This document shows positions 10,124 to 20,373 of a DNA stretch of 64,000 bases, piece by piece. Source of the stretch: a virus (taxonomy: Duplodnaviria > Caudoviricetes); the IMG/VR virus record IMGVR_UViG_3300031963_000068, positions 20,231 to 84,230 of that record; one strand, written 5' to 3'. The notes under the pieces were generated by a model. The model searched no databases. It worked only from the letters and a program-made list of their open reading frames with translations, and was not told the DNA's origin. Both the position numbers and the translations under genes were made by a program. The stretch's first letter is position 1. The number at the start of each line of letters is the position of its first letter.

Positions 10124-12889
10124 TTAAGATTCATAAACTATATCTATAACATCAGTAGTAGATAAATCATATCCAGCAACTAATCCGTTCCAGTATAGTT
10201 GTTGACCGGCTACAATATCTACAAAAGCCTCAGCAACTGAAGCAGTTGAAGAAATATAACAATCTACTAAAGAAGCTGTACCATTACCTAATCTTTGTAA
10301 CTGACCATTAACATAAACTTGTATTCTTGAGTAATCATTAGGTGTTGATGATAATAAAACTGCAGTAGGAGAATCATCACCAGTTGTAACAGAAGCATTT
10401 GTTCTATCATATACAGGTTGTGAAGCACCAGCAATTACTGATAATACGCCACCTGAGAAAGTAAGACCAGTACCAGCTATTGTTGGAGAAACCTCTACAT
10501 TATTACTATTAATAGTAAGTCCATTTGCAACATTCACATCTAAAGTTATAAAACCAGACGTACCACCACCTGATAGACCACTACCCGCAGTAACTCCTGT
10601 TATGAAATCACCATTTATTGAATCAATAGCATTCCAGATTGAAGCAGTTCCAGCATCAACATAACCTTTAGAAACAAGTGAATAACTGACAAATGTACCA
10701 GAATAATCTGATGTATATACCAATCCTTTTTGATTTGATGTTGTGATTGAACCAGTTGCCGTATTCACCGTAAACTCGTTAGTAGAAATAATATCCACAC
10801 TACCAGTTGCGTATATAGTCACATCACCACCATACATATCTATAGATCCAGAATTACCAACATCCACTAAAAATAATCCATTATCTAATTGAACATCAAC
10901 AGTAGAACCAGTAAGAGTAAGTATATCAAAATCTTGTATAGTTAAATCATATCCATCAGAATTTAAGAAAGTATCTTGAATTAGATTTCCTCCTAATCCT
11001 AAAAACCCTGGAGCAATTTCAGTTAAACCATTTGTTGCCCCAACTCCAGATACAGCAGAGTCAACATAAGCCTTAGTAACCAATGAGAATGTAGTAAAGT
11101 TAGCCGTATAATCTCCTTCATATACAAGTCCTTTATTAGCTATGTTATCTTTTATTAACAAATAGTTACCAGTAGAACCATCAATACCACCTAAAGTCTG
11201 AGAGTCATTAGTAACTCTAATTGAGTTAGCAATTCCATTAGACTCTGAATTCAATGATGAATCGTTGTATGTTGTTTTTATAACAGAGAATGTAGCAACA
11301 TCACCAGATTTTAAAGAAGCGATTACATTTGTAATTTGTAATTTATTTTCAGCATTTGGAATACCACTTTCAACTTTGACATCAGCTCCATTGGATGCGG
11401 TAAATGTAAGAGACCCAATATTTTCTATTGTAAAATCATTAGTTGCTGCTTGTATCTTAGTAGTTTGACTTAAAGTACCACCTAAATAAACTTTATCAGA
11501 TACTATTTCAAGTCCGTTTCCAACGTTAACAGAAAGTACTCCACCACTTGCTGATAAACCAGCTCCGGCTAAATTACCTGCGAACCCCGATGTATCAATA
11601 AATATTTGAGAGCCATTTTGTGTCAATCCAGTTCCAGTAATAGAATTAAAATCTATTGATATAGCATTTCCATTCTGCGTAAGACCTGTGCTTGTAATAT
11701 CATTGAAATTGACTGACAATTGATTACCCGACTTTGTAAGTCCAGTACCAGCTTCTGTAATTATTGATGAAACAGAACCAGAAAAACCAGCAGACCACAA
11801 TGATGTAGTATTATCCCAAATTAAAGCGGCATATGTTCCACCACCTAAGTTTGCTTCAATACCTGTATTTAATGCATTATAAGGACCAGAATAAGTCGCA
11901 TTTAATGTAAGGATATTATCTTGAACTAAAATTGTCTCTGTACTTATGTAAGAAACCGTTCCATTAACGGTTAAATCTCCATTAATAGTTACAGAATCTT
12001 GAAAAGTTCTATCACCTGTAATAGTATCTTTTAATCTAATTGAATCTAAATTTATCTCTAATGAATCAGAATTAACATTAACGTCTAAAGCCGAACCATT
12101 ATCTGTTAAACCATCACCAGCTAGTGTTGAGGTAATTTCAGAAGTATTAACACTAAGAACACCAGTTGTGAAATCTAATCCATTTCCAGCCAAAGATGAA
12201 TCTATTATAATATCGTTTCCTGAAAATGTTAATCCTGAATTTGCTCCTAAATTCACACTCAATGTGATAGCTCCTTGTGTTCCACCTCCACTTAGACCAC
12301 TACCAGCAGTTACACCAGTTATACTACCTAAACCTGTTGATGTAAAATCAGACAATGTGTCTCCAACATAAACATACAGGGCAATAGATGAAGGCGCACC
12401 TCCAGTGACGTCTTGTTGAAAGAACACACCTGAGTTATATTGGTAAATCCAGTTTCTAGCATCACCAGGAGGTATCAAAGAAGCACCAGTATAAGGTTTA
12501 GCCTCAAAAGTCAAACCATATGAAGGCGGAATACCATTTCTTACTCTAGATCCAGTTGTTATTCCAGATAAAACACCAGAACCATAAGCATATGGTAAAG
12601 ATGTTATAGGGTCGGTTCCGGATGGTGCTGCAACCGGCCAACTTGCAAAATAACCTCGACCATTTGAAGTTCCATCAAGAGTCAAACTAGCAGTTACTCC
12701 GATAGCCACACCCTGACTAACCGCAATACTTGCAGTTCCTGGTATGTCATTTACCCATATATTAGACGAATCTAAGTTAAAAAATATACCTTCCGCTTCG
12801 TTGTCAACACCTTTAATTGTGTCAGTCATCGATTTACCTAAGATATTCTTAAGAGCTATTGCCGCTTGTGTAGATGATGTTAAACTCAT
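10124..12889 (-). CDS. Long fibre protein with AGxGL shaft repeats
   Basis: 921 aa; repeated (T)AG(S/N/T)GL(S/T) beta-shaft motifs; ITGVTAGSGLSGGGT twice; C-terminal VYVNGQ...CY...LYWNG domain shared with 15599..17179. Confidence 0.7.
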   Translation of the reverse strand: MSLTSSTQAAIALKNILGKSMTDTIKGVDNEAEGIFFNLDSSNIWVNDIPGTASIAVSQGVAIGVTASLTLDGTSNGRGYFASWPVAAPSGTDPITSLPYAYGSGVLSGITTGSRVRNGIPPSYGLTFEAKPYTGASLIPPGDARNWIYQYNSGVFFQQDVTGGAPSSIALYVYVGDTLSDFTSTGLGSITGVTAGSGLSGGGTQGAITLSVNLGANSGLTFSGNDIIIDSSLAGNGLDFTTGVLSVNTSEITSTLAGDGLTDNGSALDVNVNSDSLEINLDSIRLKDTITGDRTFQDSVTINGDLTVNGTVSYISTETILVQDNILTLNATYSGPYNALNTGIEANLGGGTYAALIWDNTTSLWSAGFSGSVSSIITEAGTGLTKSGNQLSVNFNDITSTGLTQNGNAISIDFNSITGTGLTQNGSQIFIDTSGFAGNLAGAGLSASGGVLSVNVGNGLEIVSDKVYLGGTLSQTTKIQAATNDFTIENIGSLTFTASNGADVKVESGIPNAENKLQITNVIASLKSGDVATFSVIKTTYNDSSLNSESNGIANSIRVTNDSQTLGGIDGSTGNYLLIKDNIANKGLVYEGDYTANFTTFSLVTKAYVDSAVSGVGATNGLTEIAPGFLGLGGNLIQDTFLNSDGYDLTIQDFDILTLTGSTVDVQLDNGLFLVDVGNSGSIDMYGGDVTIYATGSVDIISTNEFTVNTATGSITTSNQKGLVYTSDYSGTFVSYSLVSKGYVDAGTASIWNAIDSINGDFITGVTAGSGLSGGGTSGFITLDVNVANGLTINSNNVEVSPTIAGTGLTFSGGVLSVIAGASQPVYDRTNASVTTGDDSPTAVLLSSTPNDYSRIQVYVNGQLQRLGNGTASLVDCYISSTASVAEAFVDIVAGQQLYWNGLVAGYDLSTTDVIDIVYES

Positions 12890-12917
12890 TTTTTATATTT
12901 ATTTTTTCATTTTATTT

Positions 12918-15542
12918 TTAAGAATAATTAAACGTTATACCAGTAAACGAACCACTAAACGATGGACCAACGGTGATTCTAATCAACATAATTCCGTTAG
13001 TGTTTGCTGTATTTTTTGTTCCTATATTTAATCCCCAGTTAGTATTAAATGCTCTACCAGCACCAGTAGCATTATTTCTCACACCATCACCATCATTCCA
13101 TTGACCGGTAAGAAAATCATTGTAAGCATCTAACCAACCAGTCTCAGCAGAAGAAGCACCAGGAGCTTTAATTTCTACCCAGATGTAATTTCCTGTTAGA
13201 GGGGTAGATTTAGCAACAAATGTACCACCAGAACCTAGTATCTGCATTACAAAGTTTGCAGTCGTTGGAGATACCTGTCTAAACCATCTAACATATTGTC
13301 TATTACCAGTGGCTCCTGAATAATCAGTTGCTAAATTTCCGAAATTAGCATTTGATGTCAACACACCAGGTGTGCTAAAGTTTGTAGTCGGATATATTAA
13401 AGTACTATTGTAAACTTGTAATCCGTCATTGTAACCAGAACCACCAGATATTAATGATTGGGTTGAATCCCAAGCATTAGATGTAGTAGAACCATATGTA
13501 TCATATTGATTTCCAACATACGTACCAACTAATCTGTATCTTTCATCATCAAATCCCTCACAAGTTGTACCAACAGCGGTTGAAGAAGCAGCAACGTTGT
13601 CTAAATAGACATTTGTCACCGACACAGCACCACCTGTCGAGTTACCCTGAATAGTTCTTTTAGCATTTACACTCAACGAAATTGATTCATTTAATCTTCG
13701 TTTTGCTAAAGAGATGATGTTAAAAGTAGCAGGAGCATTATTCTGATCAGAATTTGATATTTTGAATTGTTTTGCTTCGTTACCACCAGAAGCTGCTAAT
13801 GAATATTGTGTTGAAACTGTCAATATTGGAGTAGTTGCTCCAGTACTTGTTTCATTAAATGTGATAGCATCAGCACCTGAATAATATGTATTTCTGTATA
13901 AGTTGTCTATAGTAACATCATAACTAACAGTACCACCTGTATAATAATTGATACCTGATAGATACTTGCTACCTGTTAATGTGTAACCAGTGATAGTTGC
14001 TCCCGAAATTGATGTAGCAGTAGTATCACCATCAATAATAAATTCATATCTTGTTAATGTTCTTGTGAAACTTGGAGCGTTATCATGAACTACATATACA
14101 TAGTTATAACCATAAACTATATCAGGATCATTACCTCTTAATAACCAAGTTCCAGTTCTATTCCAAAATTGCTCAAAAACAGCACCTTGTGGGAACTTAG
14201 AAGCAGTAGCAGCACCTACACTGAAACCAGTCGTTGTACCACCAGTCGTTGTATTCTGAGCCGCTAAGTTAGATAGTGTTATTGTTGCTGATGTTTTTTC
14301 AACTCCGTTAACGTACATTTTTAACGTTCCTACGTTAGCATCTCCAAAAGTATCAGCACCATATGCGGGTGTTGGTGTAGTAGTACTAGCAGACACTTGA
14401 TCATTTAATGTTCCAGAAATATTTCCAGAAGCACTAGCAGAAATTGCTAATCGTTTTCCAGTCGCAGTCCAAGTTCCATCTACTGAAATAGGTGAAGAAG
14501 GTGCGAAAGTAGCACTGATATAATTAAATCCAGATATTGGATTATTACCATCAAAACTCAATTTACCATTAGCCAAAGTTCCAGCTTTACTACCAGTCCA
14601 ATCAGATAAGTCCGGAGCATCAGGTGGAACCAACGCACTTAATAATTCGTTGATATTATCTACTGCATGACCTATTGGTGTTGAGTTAGTAAAACTAAAT
14701 ACACCATCAGCATAAGTTCCGTCTTCAGCTGGACCAATTGCAACCGTTGTAGAGCCACTTGTCAAATCTAAAGAAACCGTTCCAGCATTTGTCAATCTAC
14801 CCTGTGTGTCTACGGTAAATGTTGGTATCTGAGTTGATGAACCATAACTACCTGCAGTAACACCTGTCGTACTTAATTGTAATGTATCAGATGATATCGT
14901 TAAACCAGTAGAAGAGGATAAACCAACATTTATATGAAATTCATTTCCAACTTGAATCAAACCATCTCCAGGTGTTATAACACCTGCAGAAGAAAACTGA
15001 ACCCAATGTTGTGACTCGGTACCTACTAATATGTTAAAATCAGAAGAGTCTGATACATTCAAAACCCAACCTGAACCAGAATATAAATCACCATTTCCTA
15101 CAAAAACGAAATCACCAATCTGAACCTCACCTATTGTTGGAAGACCATCAGCATCTAAAGATCTTGACCAAGTTCCTGTTGCAACTACATAAATACCGTT
15201 TGATGCAGTAGGGTTAGAATTATCTTGACCATTTACTAAAACTCTTTCACCAACTTCGACATCATGATTATCAATTGATTGTGTTCCCGATAAAGTTATA
15301 GGTGAATTAGATACAACATGAACAGACTCTTTGATATTAAGACCTTGAGCAACAGCATCAACATAGTTTTTATTAACTACGTCATGACCCACAAGTATAT
15401 TTTCGTCTGCTTGTCTTAATGTAGACCCAGCATTAAAGCTCATTGTAGCCGCTGTTGTAAAGGTTACTAGACCATTAAGTCCACTAACTTTGTTTAGTGA
15501 TAGAGAGGAGTCTCTAAGTTGTTTTCCATCAAGTAGTGACAT
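12918..15542 (-). CDS. Virion structural/fibre protein
   Basis: VNKNYVDAVAQGLNIKESV...RVLVNGQ...NGIY...WSRSLDAD; TGVTAGSYGSSTQIPTFTVDTQGRLTNAG fibre motif. Confidence 0.7.
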   Translation of the reverse strand: MSLLDGKQLRDSSLSLNKVSGLNGLVTFTTAATMSFNAGSTLRQADENILVGHDVVNKNYVDAVAQGLNIKESVHVVSNSPITLSGTQSIDNHDVEVGERVLVNGQDNSNPTASNGIYVVATGTWSRSLDADGLPTIGEVQIGDFVFVGNGDLYSGSGWVLNVSDSSDFNILVGTESQHWVQFSSAGVITPGDGLIQVGNEFHINVGLSSSTGLTISSDTLQLSTTGVTAGSYGSSTQIPTFTVDTQGRLTNAGTVSLDLTSGSTTVAIGPAEDGTYADGVFSFTNSTPIGHAVDNINELLSALVPPDAPDLSDWTGSKAGTLANGKLSFDGNNPISGFNYISATFAPSSPISVDGTWTATGKRLAISASASGNISGTLNDQVSASTTTPTPAYGADTFGDANVGTLKMYVNGVEKTSATITLSNLAAQNTTTGGTTTGFSVGAATASKFPQGAVFEQFWNRTGTWLLRGNDPDIVYGYNYVYVVHDNAPSFTRTLTRYEFIIDGDTTATSISGATITGYTLTGSKYLSGINYYTGGTVSYDVTIDNLYRNTYYSGADAITFNETSTGATTPILTVSTQYSLAASGGNEAKQFKISNSDQNNAPATFNIISLAKRRLNESISLSVNAKRTIQGNSTGGAVSVTNVYLDNVAASSTAVGTTCEGFDDERYRLVGTYVGNQYDTYGSTTSNAWDSTQSLISGGSGYNDGLQVYNSTLIYPTTNFSTPGVLTSNANFGNLATDYSGATGNRQYVRWFRQVSPTTANFVMQILGSGGTFVAKSTPLTGNYIWVEIKAPGASSAETGWLDAYNDFLTGQWNDGDGVRNNATGAGRAFNTNWGLNIGTKNTANTNGIMLIRITVGPSFSGSFTGITFNYS

Positions 15543-15598
15543 ATTTTATTTTATTTTTTTAATTTTCTTATATATTATATTTTTAATCTCTAAAATTT

Positions 15599-17179
15599 CT
15601 AATTTATATAATAAAGTGAAATTCTCCATGTTGAATAAAGATCGGTTCCAACGAAATTACCATTCCAATAAAGAGCATCACCTGATTGTACATTTATTTT
15701 TGATGTGACTCCACCGTCGTCACTGAAATAACAAGGAACACTTGTTGTAGTTCCATAACCTACTTCAAATTCTTGACCATTAACAAATACTCCTACATAA
15801 CCACCAGGTAAAGGTGTCTGTGAAATAGTTAAACCAGTAAATTGCCCATCACCATTTGTTGTAAAAGCCATTTGAAAGTTCTTATCACTAGAAGTAAGTG
15901 TACCAGAAGTTTGAGAAGGATCCAACCAATTAAATTTTCCTGCATTATCTACAGATAAAATGTATCCAGCAGTAGCACCACCATTTGTTCCTGTATCTAA
16001 TTTTGAAGCAGTTAATGAACCATCCTTAACTATTGCAGACACAGATAATCCCATAATTGTGTTTTCTTGTGTAAAGTCTATAGTTTCAGAATCATTAAAT
16101 GAAGTAGTCAACCCTGTATTTAGTGTAATAAAAGCTAAACTTCCGCTATTTGAAATAGTACCTCCTGATAAGTATAATGAACCATTTACTACAATGATTT
16201 GACCATAATTGACTAATGTTCCAGCAATTGTTAAATCAGAATATACCCAATATTGATAATAAGGTGGAACAACTATGTAATCGGTAGGTTCAATGTAATA
16301 TTTTACATTAAATAAATCTTCGTTTACAAAAGGTCTATTCAATTGAAAATCTACACCATCATAAACAACAGTATAAACAACATTAGCTTGTATATCCGAT
16401 GGTAAGAGATCCACTACGCCAGAAGGAGTTGGTTTTTTTATGTAAGCAGAGCCCAAAGAATTTATATTTAAAGATGCGGTTGTTCCAACATTTTGAGCTG
16501 AAAATTTGACTAAAAAAACTGAATCTTGATTATAATTACTGATTGGAGGTGTTGTAGTTGCAATATAATCAACACCATTACTTGTCGAAGCAGCTAAATT
16601 TCTTACTTGACCAAGTTTTTCTTTTTGCCAAGCACCAGTGGGAAAATTACCTTCATATTTATAAATTGAGTTATCTTCATCATCTACTCTCACAGACATT
16701 CCATCTTTAGGAACAGTCAAAGTCCAAGTTGAAGAGTTCCATTCTGCTACTTGCGAAGAAGTAAACGAACTCCATTGAGCACCCGACAATACTATAGATG
16801 AATCAATTCCTAATAAATATCTATCTCCAATTGAAGGAGACCCAGGCTGAGAAAAAGCAACAGAAATAACGGAATCAATCCATTCGGTTCCCCCACCACC
16901 ACCAGATCCTCCAGAACCACTGAATTCTTTCCAATTGGAGTTATCCATGATACTAGTGGAAACAAAATTATATGTTAATTGATATGTTTTATTATCACTT
17001 TGAACATAACACATCATACCCCATTCTCTTCTTTCAAAAATAATTGCATTCCGTGTTGTTATATCTATAGCAGTGTGTAGACCACCACGAATTTCAGTAG
17101 CAAATGCGGATGCTATTGGATCTAACGAGTCGTTAGGTCTTATCGCTGATGATATTAATGTTCCTACGTTTTTAGCCAT
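15599..17179 (-). CDS. Virion structural protein (multi-module)
   Basis: TRNAIIFERREWGMMCYV module; PGSPSIGDRYL...AEWNSSTW...PKDG (DUF2793-like); C-terminal domain paralogous to 10124..12889. Confidence 0.6.
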   Translation of the reverse strand: MAKNVGTLISSAIRPNDSLDPIASAFATEIRGGLHTAIDITTRNAIIFERREWGMMCYVQSDNKTYQLTYNFVSTSIMDNSNWKEFSGSGGSGGGGGTEWIDSVISVAFSQPGSPSIGDRYLLGIDSSIVLSGAQWSSFTSSQVAEWNSSTWTLTVPKDGMSVRVDDEDNSIYKYEGNFPTGAWQKEKLGQVRNLAASTSNGVDYIATTTPPISNYNQDSVFLVKFSAQNVGTTASLNINSLGSAYIKKPTPSGVVDLLPSDIQANVVYTVVYDGVDFQLNRPFVNEDLFNVKYYIEPTDYIVVPPYYQYWVYSDLTIAGTLVNYGQIIVVNGSLYLSGGTISNSGSLAFITLNTGLTTSFNDSETIDFTQENTIMGLSVSAIVKDGSLTASKLDTGTNGGATAGYILSVDNAGKFNWLDPSQTSGTLTSSDKNFQMAFTTNGDGQFTGLTISQTPLPGGYVGVFVNGQEFEVGYGTTTSVPCYFSDDGGVTSKINVQSGDALYWNGNFVGTDLYSTWRISLYYIN

Positions 17180-17207
17180 TTAACATTTATTTTTCTTTTT
17201 TATATAT

Positions 17208-18218
17208 TTAACTAACTATAACATCTAAAGCTGAGTTTTGAACCGTATTTGTTATCCAAACCTCAAAATTAGTAGTAAAACCATATTGATTTACAAATGG
17301 CTGAGCAGTTCTAATTCTTGTAAAAGCATTGCTTGAAAAACCACCTACTGTAAAACTTGGGGCAGTAGCACCACTAACCGAAGAAGGCCAAGCAAATACT
17401 AAATAATTACCACCTCCTCCAATTTGACTATAACTTTTATTTTTAGTGGTAGATAATTGACTACTTAAATTCTGTATTACTGTATCAGTAACAATAGATG
17501 AAACCATAGATGCTGAACCAGGATTATAAAATAAATTTGGATTACCAATAGAAGATAAATTCACATTGCCCCAGAAAATTCTATTCATCCAAGTAAAAGT
17601 AGCAGAACTATTGTAAGTTCCAGTACCATCATTAACAGAGATAGGAAAAGTCTGTACATAGGATGCTCCCGGTGAGACAGGATAAAAACCAGTTGTAGTC
17701 TGACTACCAGCAACACTTGAAGACCAAGGTGGTCCACCAGTAGAATAAGGAACACTATTAACAGTTATAGAACTAATATCATTAGTTTTTTTGGTTACAC
17801 TCCAATTCAAAGTGATAGAAGAAAGAGGTACAGGATAGCCATACTCAGCCTGATTACTTCCAGAAACACTAATACTAACAACTGGACTCTGATAAGGATA
17901 AAGTAATTTATCAAACATCTGAGAAATAGTTAAGTTAGAAAAAGTTGAACCTGCTGGAATACCACCAATCGTAACTGGTGTAGGAGTAGAATTTGAATAA
18001 AACAGAGATACAGAAGCAGATGCTGCAGTCGCAACCACAATAGATAAATCATCAACTTTCTTCCACAAAGAGTAAACAGGGCTACGTATATCAATAGGAT
18101 CAATTAAATTACTATTATTATCTAATAGATTCTTCAATAAATCATCTACGTTATCATACAAATCTGTAGCTGTAACCGCTTCAAAACCAGTAACAGAATA
18201 TGAGCCAACTAATGCCAT
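17208..18218 (-). CDS. Virion structural protein
   Basis: Start revised to MALVGSY (18218), downstream of ATATATA motif; IGGIPAG...QMFDKLLYPYQSP shared with 4201..5658. Confidence 0.6.
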   Translation of the reverse strand: MALVGSYSVTGFEAVTATDLYDNVDDLLKNLLDNNSNLIDPIDIRSPVYSLWKKVDDLSIVVATAASASVSLFYSNSTPTPVTIGGIPAGSTFSNLTISQMFDKLLYPYQSPVVSISVSGSNQAEYGYPVPLSSITLNWSVTKKTNDISSITVNSVPYSTGGPPWSSSVAGSQTTTGFYPVSPGASYVQTFPISVNDGTGTYNSSATFTWMNRIFWGNVNLSSIGNPNLFYNPGSASMVSSIVTDTVIQNLSSQLSTTKNKSYSQIGGGGNYLVFAWPSSVSGATAPSFTVGGFSSNAFTRIRTAQPFVNQYGFTTNFEVWITNTVQNSALDVIVS

Positions 18219-18338
18219 TAAAAAAATTAATTTTAAGTATATATAAAATACCAAAAACTAAATAAAAGAAAACTTATGGAAAAATTTAAATTTTGAGAAA
18301 CCAAAAATCAATTAAGAATGTATCATGATGTTTCATGT

Positions 18339-19049
18339 TTAGCATACCCAAATAAAGTGGTCAGATTTCTCGGATTCAAAAGCCCAATCCTCACCTAAGC
18401 AATCTGCGATAATCTCTTTTAACTTAGCGACAGATAATATTTCTTCTAACTTATCGTTAAATTTATCCTCCGGCACAATATTTTTTAAATTAATTTTGAT
18501 ATTAGGTAAAATTTCTATCTCCTTATCAGAAAATTCACCATATAAAAAAGACAAAATATTAGTTTTAATAAGGTCTACCTCCTCCTTTGAATAGATTACA
18601 ACATTCCAGTCGTCATTTTCCCAATCGCTTATTTTAAAAGTGTGTTTATCCGAATCAACCACTTCTATATCACCTAAATTCAAATCGAAATAATCCGCTA
18701 AAATTTTTTCTTGTGACAAAGTAGATTTTTCAACTCCTTTATATAGACACTCTCTTAAAGAACTCATTTTGAAATCAACCGATTCAAAATAGTTGAAAGA
18801 TTCAAAAGTCACAACACCATCTGATTCCATAGAAACCCTGTCATTAATAATATCATTAAGGACTACATTTGCACCAGACACGTTTTCTAAGTTATTTCTT
18901 TTTAAAAAACGATTAAATCTATCAGAACCTGGCCTTAAATAACTTTTTAAATTCTTTGGTCTGATTTTCCACTTATCAATATAATCATCAACCAACAAAT
19001 TAATTTGTTGGTAGTATCTATTAGCATCTTCTCTATTATTAATTGACAT
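18339..19049 (-). CDS. Hypothetical protein
   Basis: 236 aa ORF; internal VVTFESFNYFES resembles the shared N-terminal tag. Confidence 0.6.
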   Translation of the reverse strand: MSINNREDANRYYQQINLLVDDYIDKWKIRPKNLKSYLRPGSDRFNRFLKRNNLENVSGANVVLNDIINDRVSMESDGVVTFESFNYFESVDFKMSSLRECLYKGVEKSTLSQEKILADYFDLNLGDIEVVDSDKHTFKISDWENDDWNVVIYSKEEVDLIKTNILSFLYGEFSDKEIEILPNIKINLKNIVPEDKFNDKLEEILSVAKLKEIIADCLGEDWAFESEKSDHFIWVC

Positions 19050-19347
19050 TTTTTTTATTTAAATTATATAGGTTTATAAAAGTAGATTCTTCTCTTTCTC
19101 TATCTTGTCTTAAATCTTCCTTCTCATCATCATCTAATCTTTCACCAACTGCAGAATAATATTCATCTTCGGATAATTCTTCAATTTCTTCAGAATCACA
19201 AAATTTACAAATACTTTCATCTGTGTTAAAAGATTTAAACAGTGCATTACAACCATCACAATGATAATAATTGTTTAAAAAATTTTTCGATGTTGACGGT
19301 AAAGTCTGACTAAAATCAAAAGTTTCAAAAGTTTTTACATACTTCAT
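19039..19347 (-). CDS. Small Zn-ribbon protein with capsid-targeting-like N-terminus
   Basis: Start revised to MKYVKTFETF (19347); CDGC...CKFC. Confidence 0.6.
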   Translation of the reverse strand: MKYVKTFETFDFSQTLPSTSKNFLNNYYHCDGCNALFKSFNTDESICKFCDSEEIEELSEDEYYSAVGERLDDDEKEDLRQDREREESTFINLYNLNKKNVN

Positions 19348-19351
19348 ATTA

Positions 19352-19397
19352 GTATATATAAAATTTTTCATTTATAAAATTACTTATTAATATATAG
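19352..19397. promoter_or_regulatory. Divergent pair of putative late promoters
   Basis: TTTTATATATA (minus, 5 nt before ATG 19347) and TTAATATATA (plus, 4 nt before ATG 19401). Confidence 0.6.
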
Positions 19398-19400
19398 TAT

Positions 19401-20303
19401 ATGAATTTATCACAAACAAGAACTTATTACAATACAAAGCCTGTAGAATTTGTAGTGAAAGAACATTATAACCTGATTGAAGATAATGAGTATATCCCAA
19501 GATTTTCATTAAAAAATGTAAAAGATATAGCAAACATTCCTATTAATGAACCAGTAAAGTATTCAGACGCGTTGATGATAAAATGCATCAAATATGGAAT
19601 GATAATGTTGATAAACTATAAAGGTGAAAAAGACCAACACTTTGCCGGACACGAAAGAGTGGTATATCCTATGGTTTTAGGAAGGTCTTCAAAAGGTAAA
19701 ACATTACTAAGGGGTTGGCATTTGAACGGTTGGTCGGTTTCTCAGAAAAGACATATTAACAAAATCTGGAGATTGTTCAGAACAGATAGAATATTATCTA
19801 TGACTTTTACCGGTTCTTTTTATAGACTTCCACCAGCTGGTTATAATATGAATGATAAAGGAATGAGAGGCGGTATTATAACTAAAGCAGATTTCAATGA
19901 AATTAGAAGAAATCAACAAAATCTTGTCAATCAAAACAAAATTCAAAATAGAGAAGAAGTTGAGATGACAACCGATGATAGAAAATTTGCTACGATTAGA
20001 GTAAAGCAAACTGACACTCAAATAGATTTAATGAATCCTAATGAAAATGCTTACATAAATAACAACAAAGATGTAGCAGGACTAAGATTATCTTTTTTGA
20101 AAAGTATTTATGGTAATAAATACGTAGCAATTTTAGGAGCGCTTGGCCAACCAGGAAACACGGTAAAAATTTTGACAGATAAAGGAACACAATTGGGTGT
20201 TTACAAAGTATTAGACTCTATAACTGGACAAGTGTTAAAAAGTATCAAAAATGTAAAAGGTAATTCAGTTTACGACCTATATTTATTTGATAAAAAAATG
20301 TAA
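19401..20303 (+). CDS. WYL-like domain protein
   Basis: INYKG...ERVVYPMVLG...LLRGWH...WRLFRTDRI fits the WYL pattern; no HTH visible. Confidence 0.65.
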   Translation: MNLSQTRTYYNTKPVEFVVKEHYNLIEDNEYIPRFSLKNVKDIANIPINEPVKYSDALMIKCIKYGMIMLINYKGEKDQHFAGHERVVYPMVLGRSSKGKTLLRGWHLNGWSVSQKRHINKIWRLFRTDRILSMTFTGSFYRLPPAGYNMNDKGMRGGIITKADFNEIRRNQQNLVNQNKIQNREEVEMTTDDRKFATIRVKQTDTQIDLMNPNENAYINNNKDVAGLRLSFLKSIYGNKYVAILGALGQPGNTVKILTDKGTQLGVYKVLDSITGQVLKSIKNVKGNSVYDLYLFDKKM

Positions 20304-20359
20304 GTTAATAAAAAATTAATATAGGAGTTTTTATAATTATAATTTTTCTAAATATATTA

Positions 20360-20369
20360 TTAATATATA
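20360..20369 (+). promoter_or_regulatory. Putative late promoter TTAATATATA
   Basis: 4 nt before ppk2 ATG. Confidence 0.6.
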
Positions 20370-20373
20370 AGTT

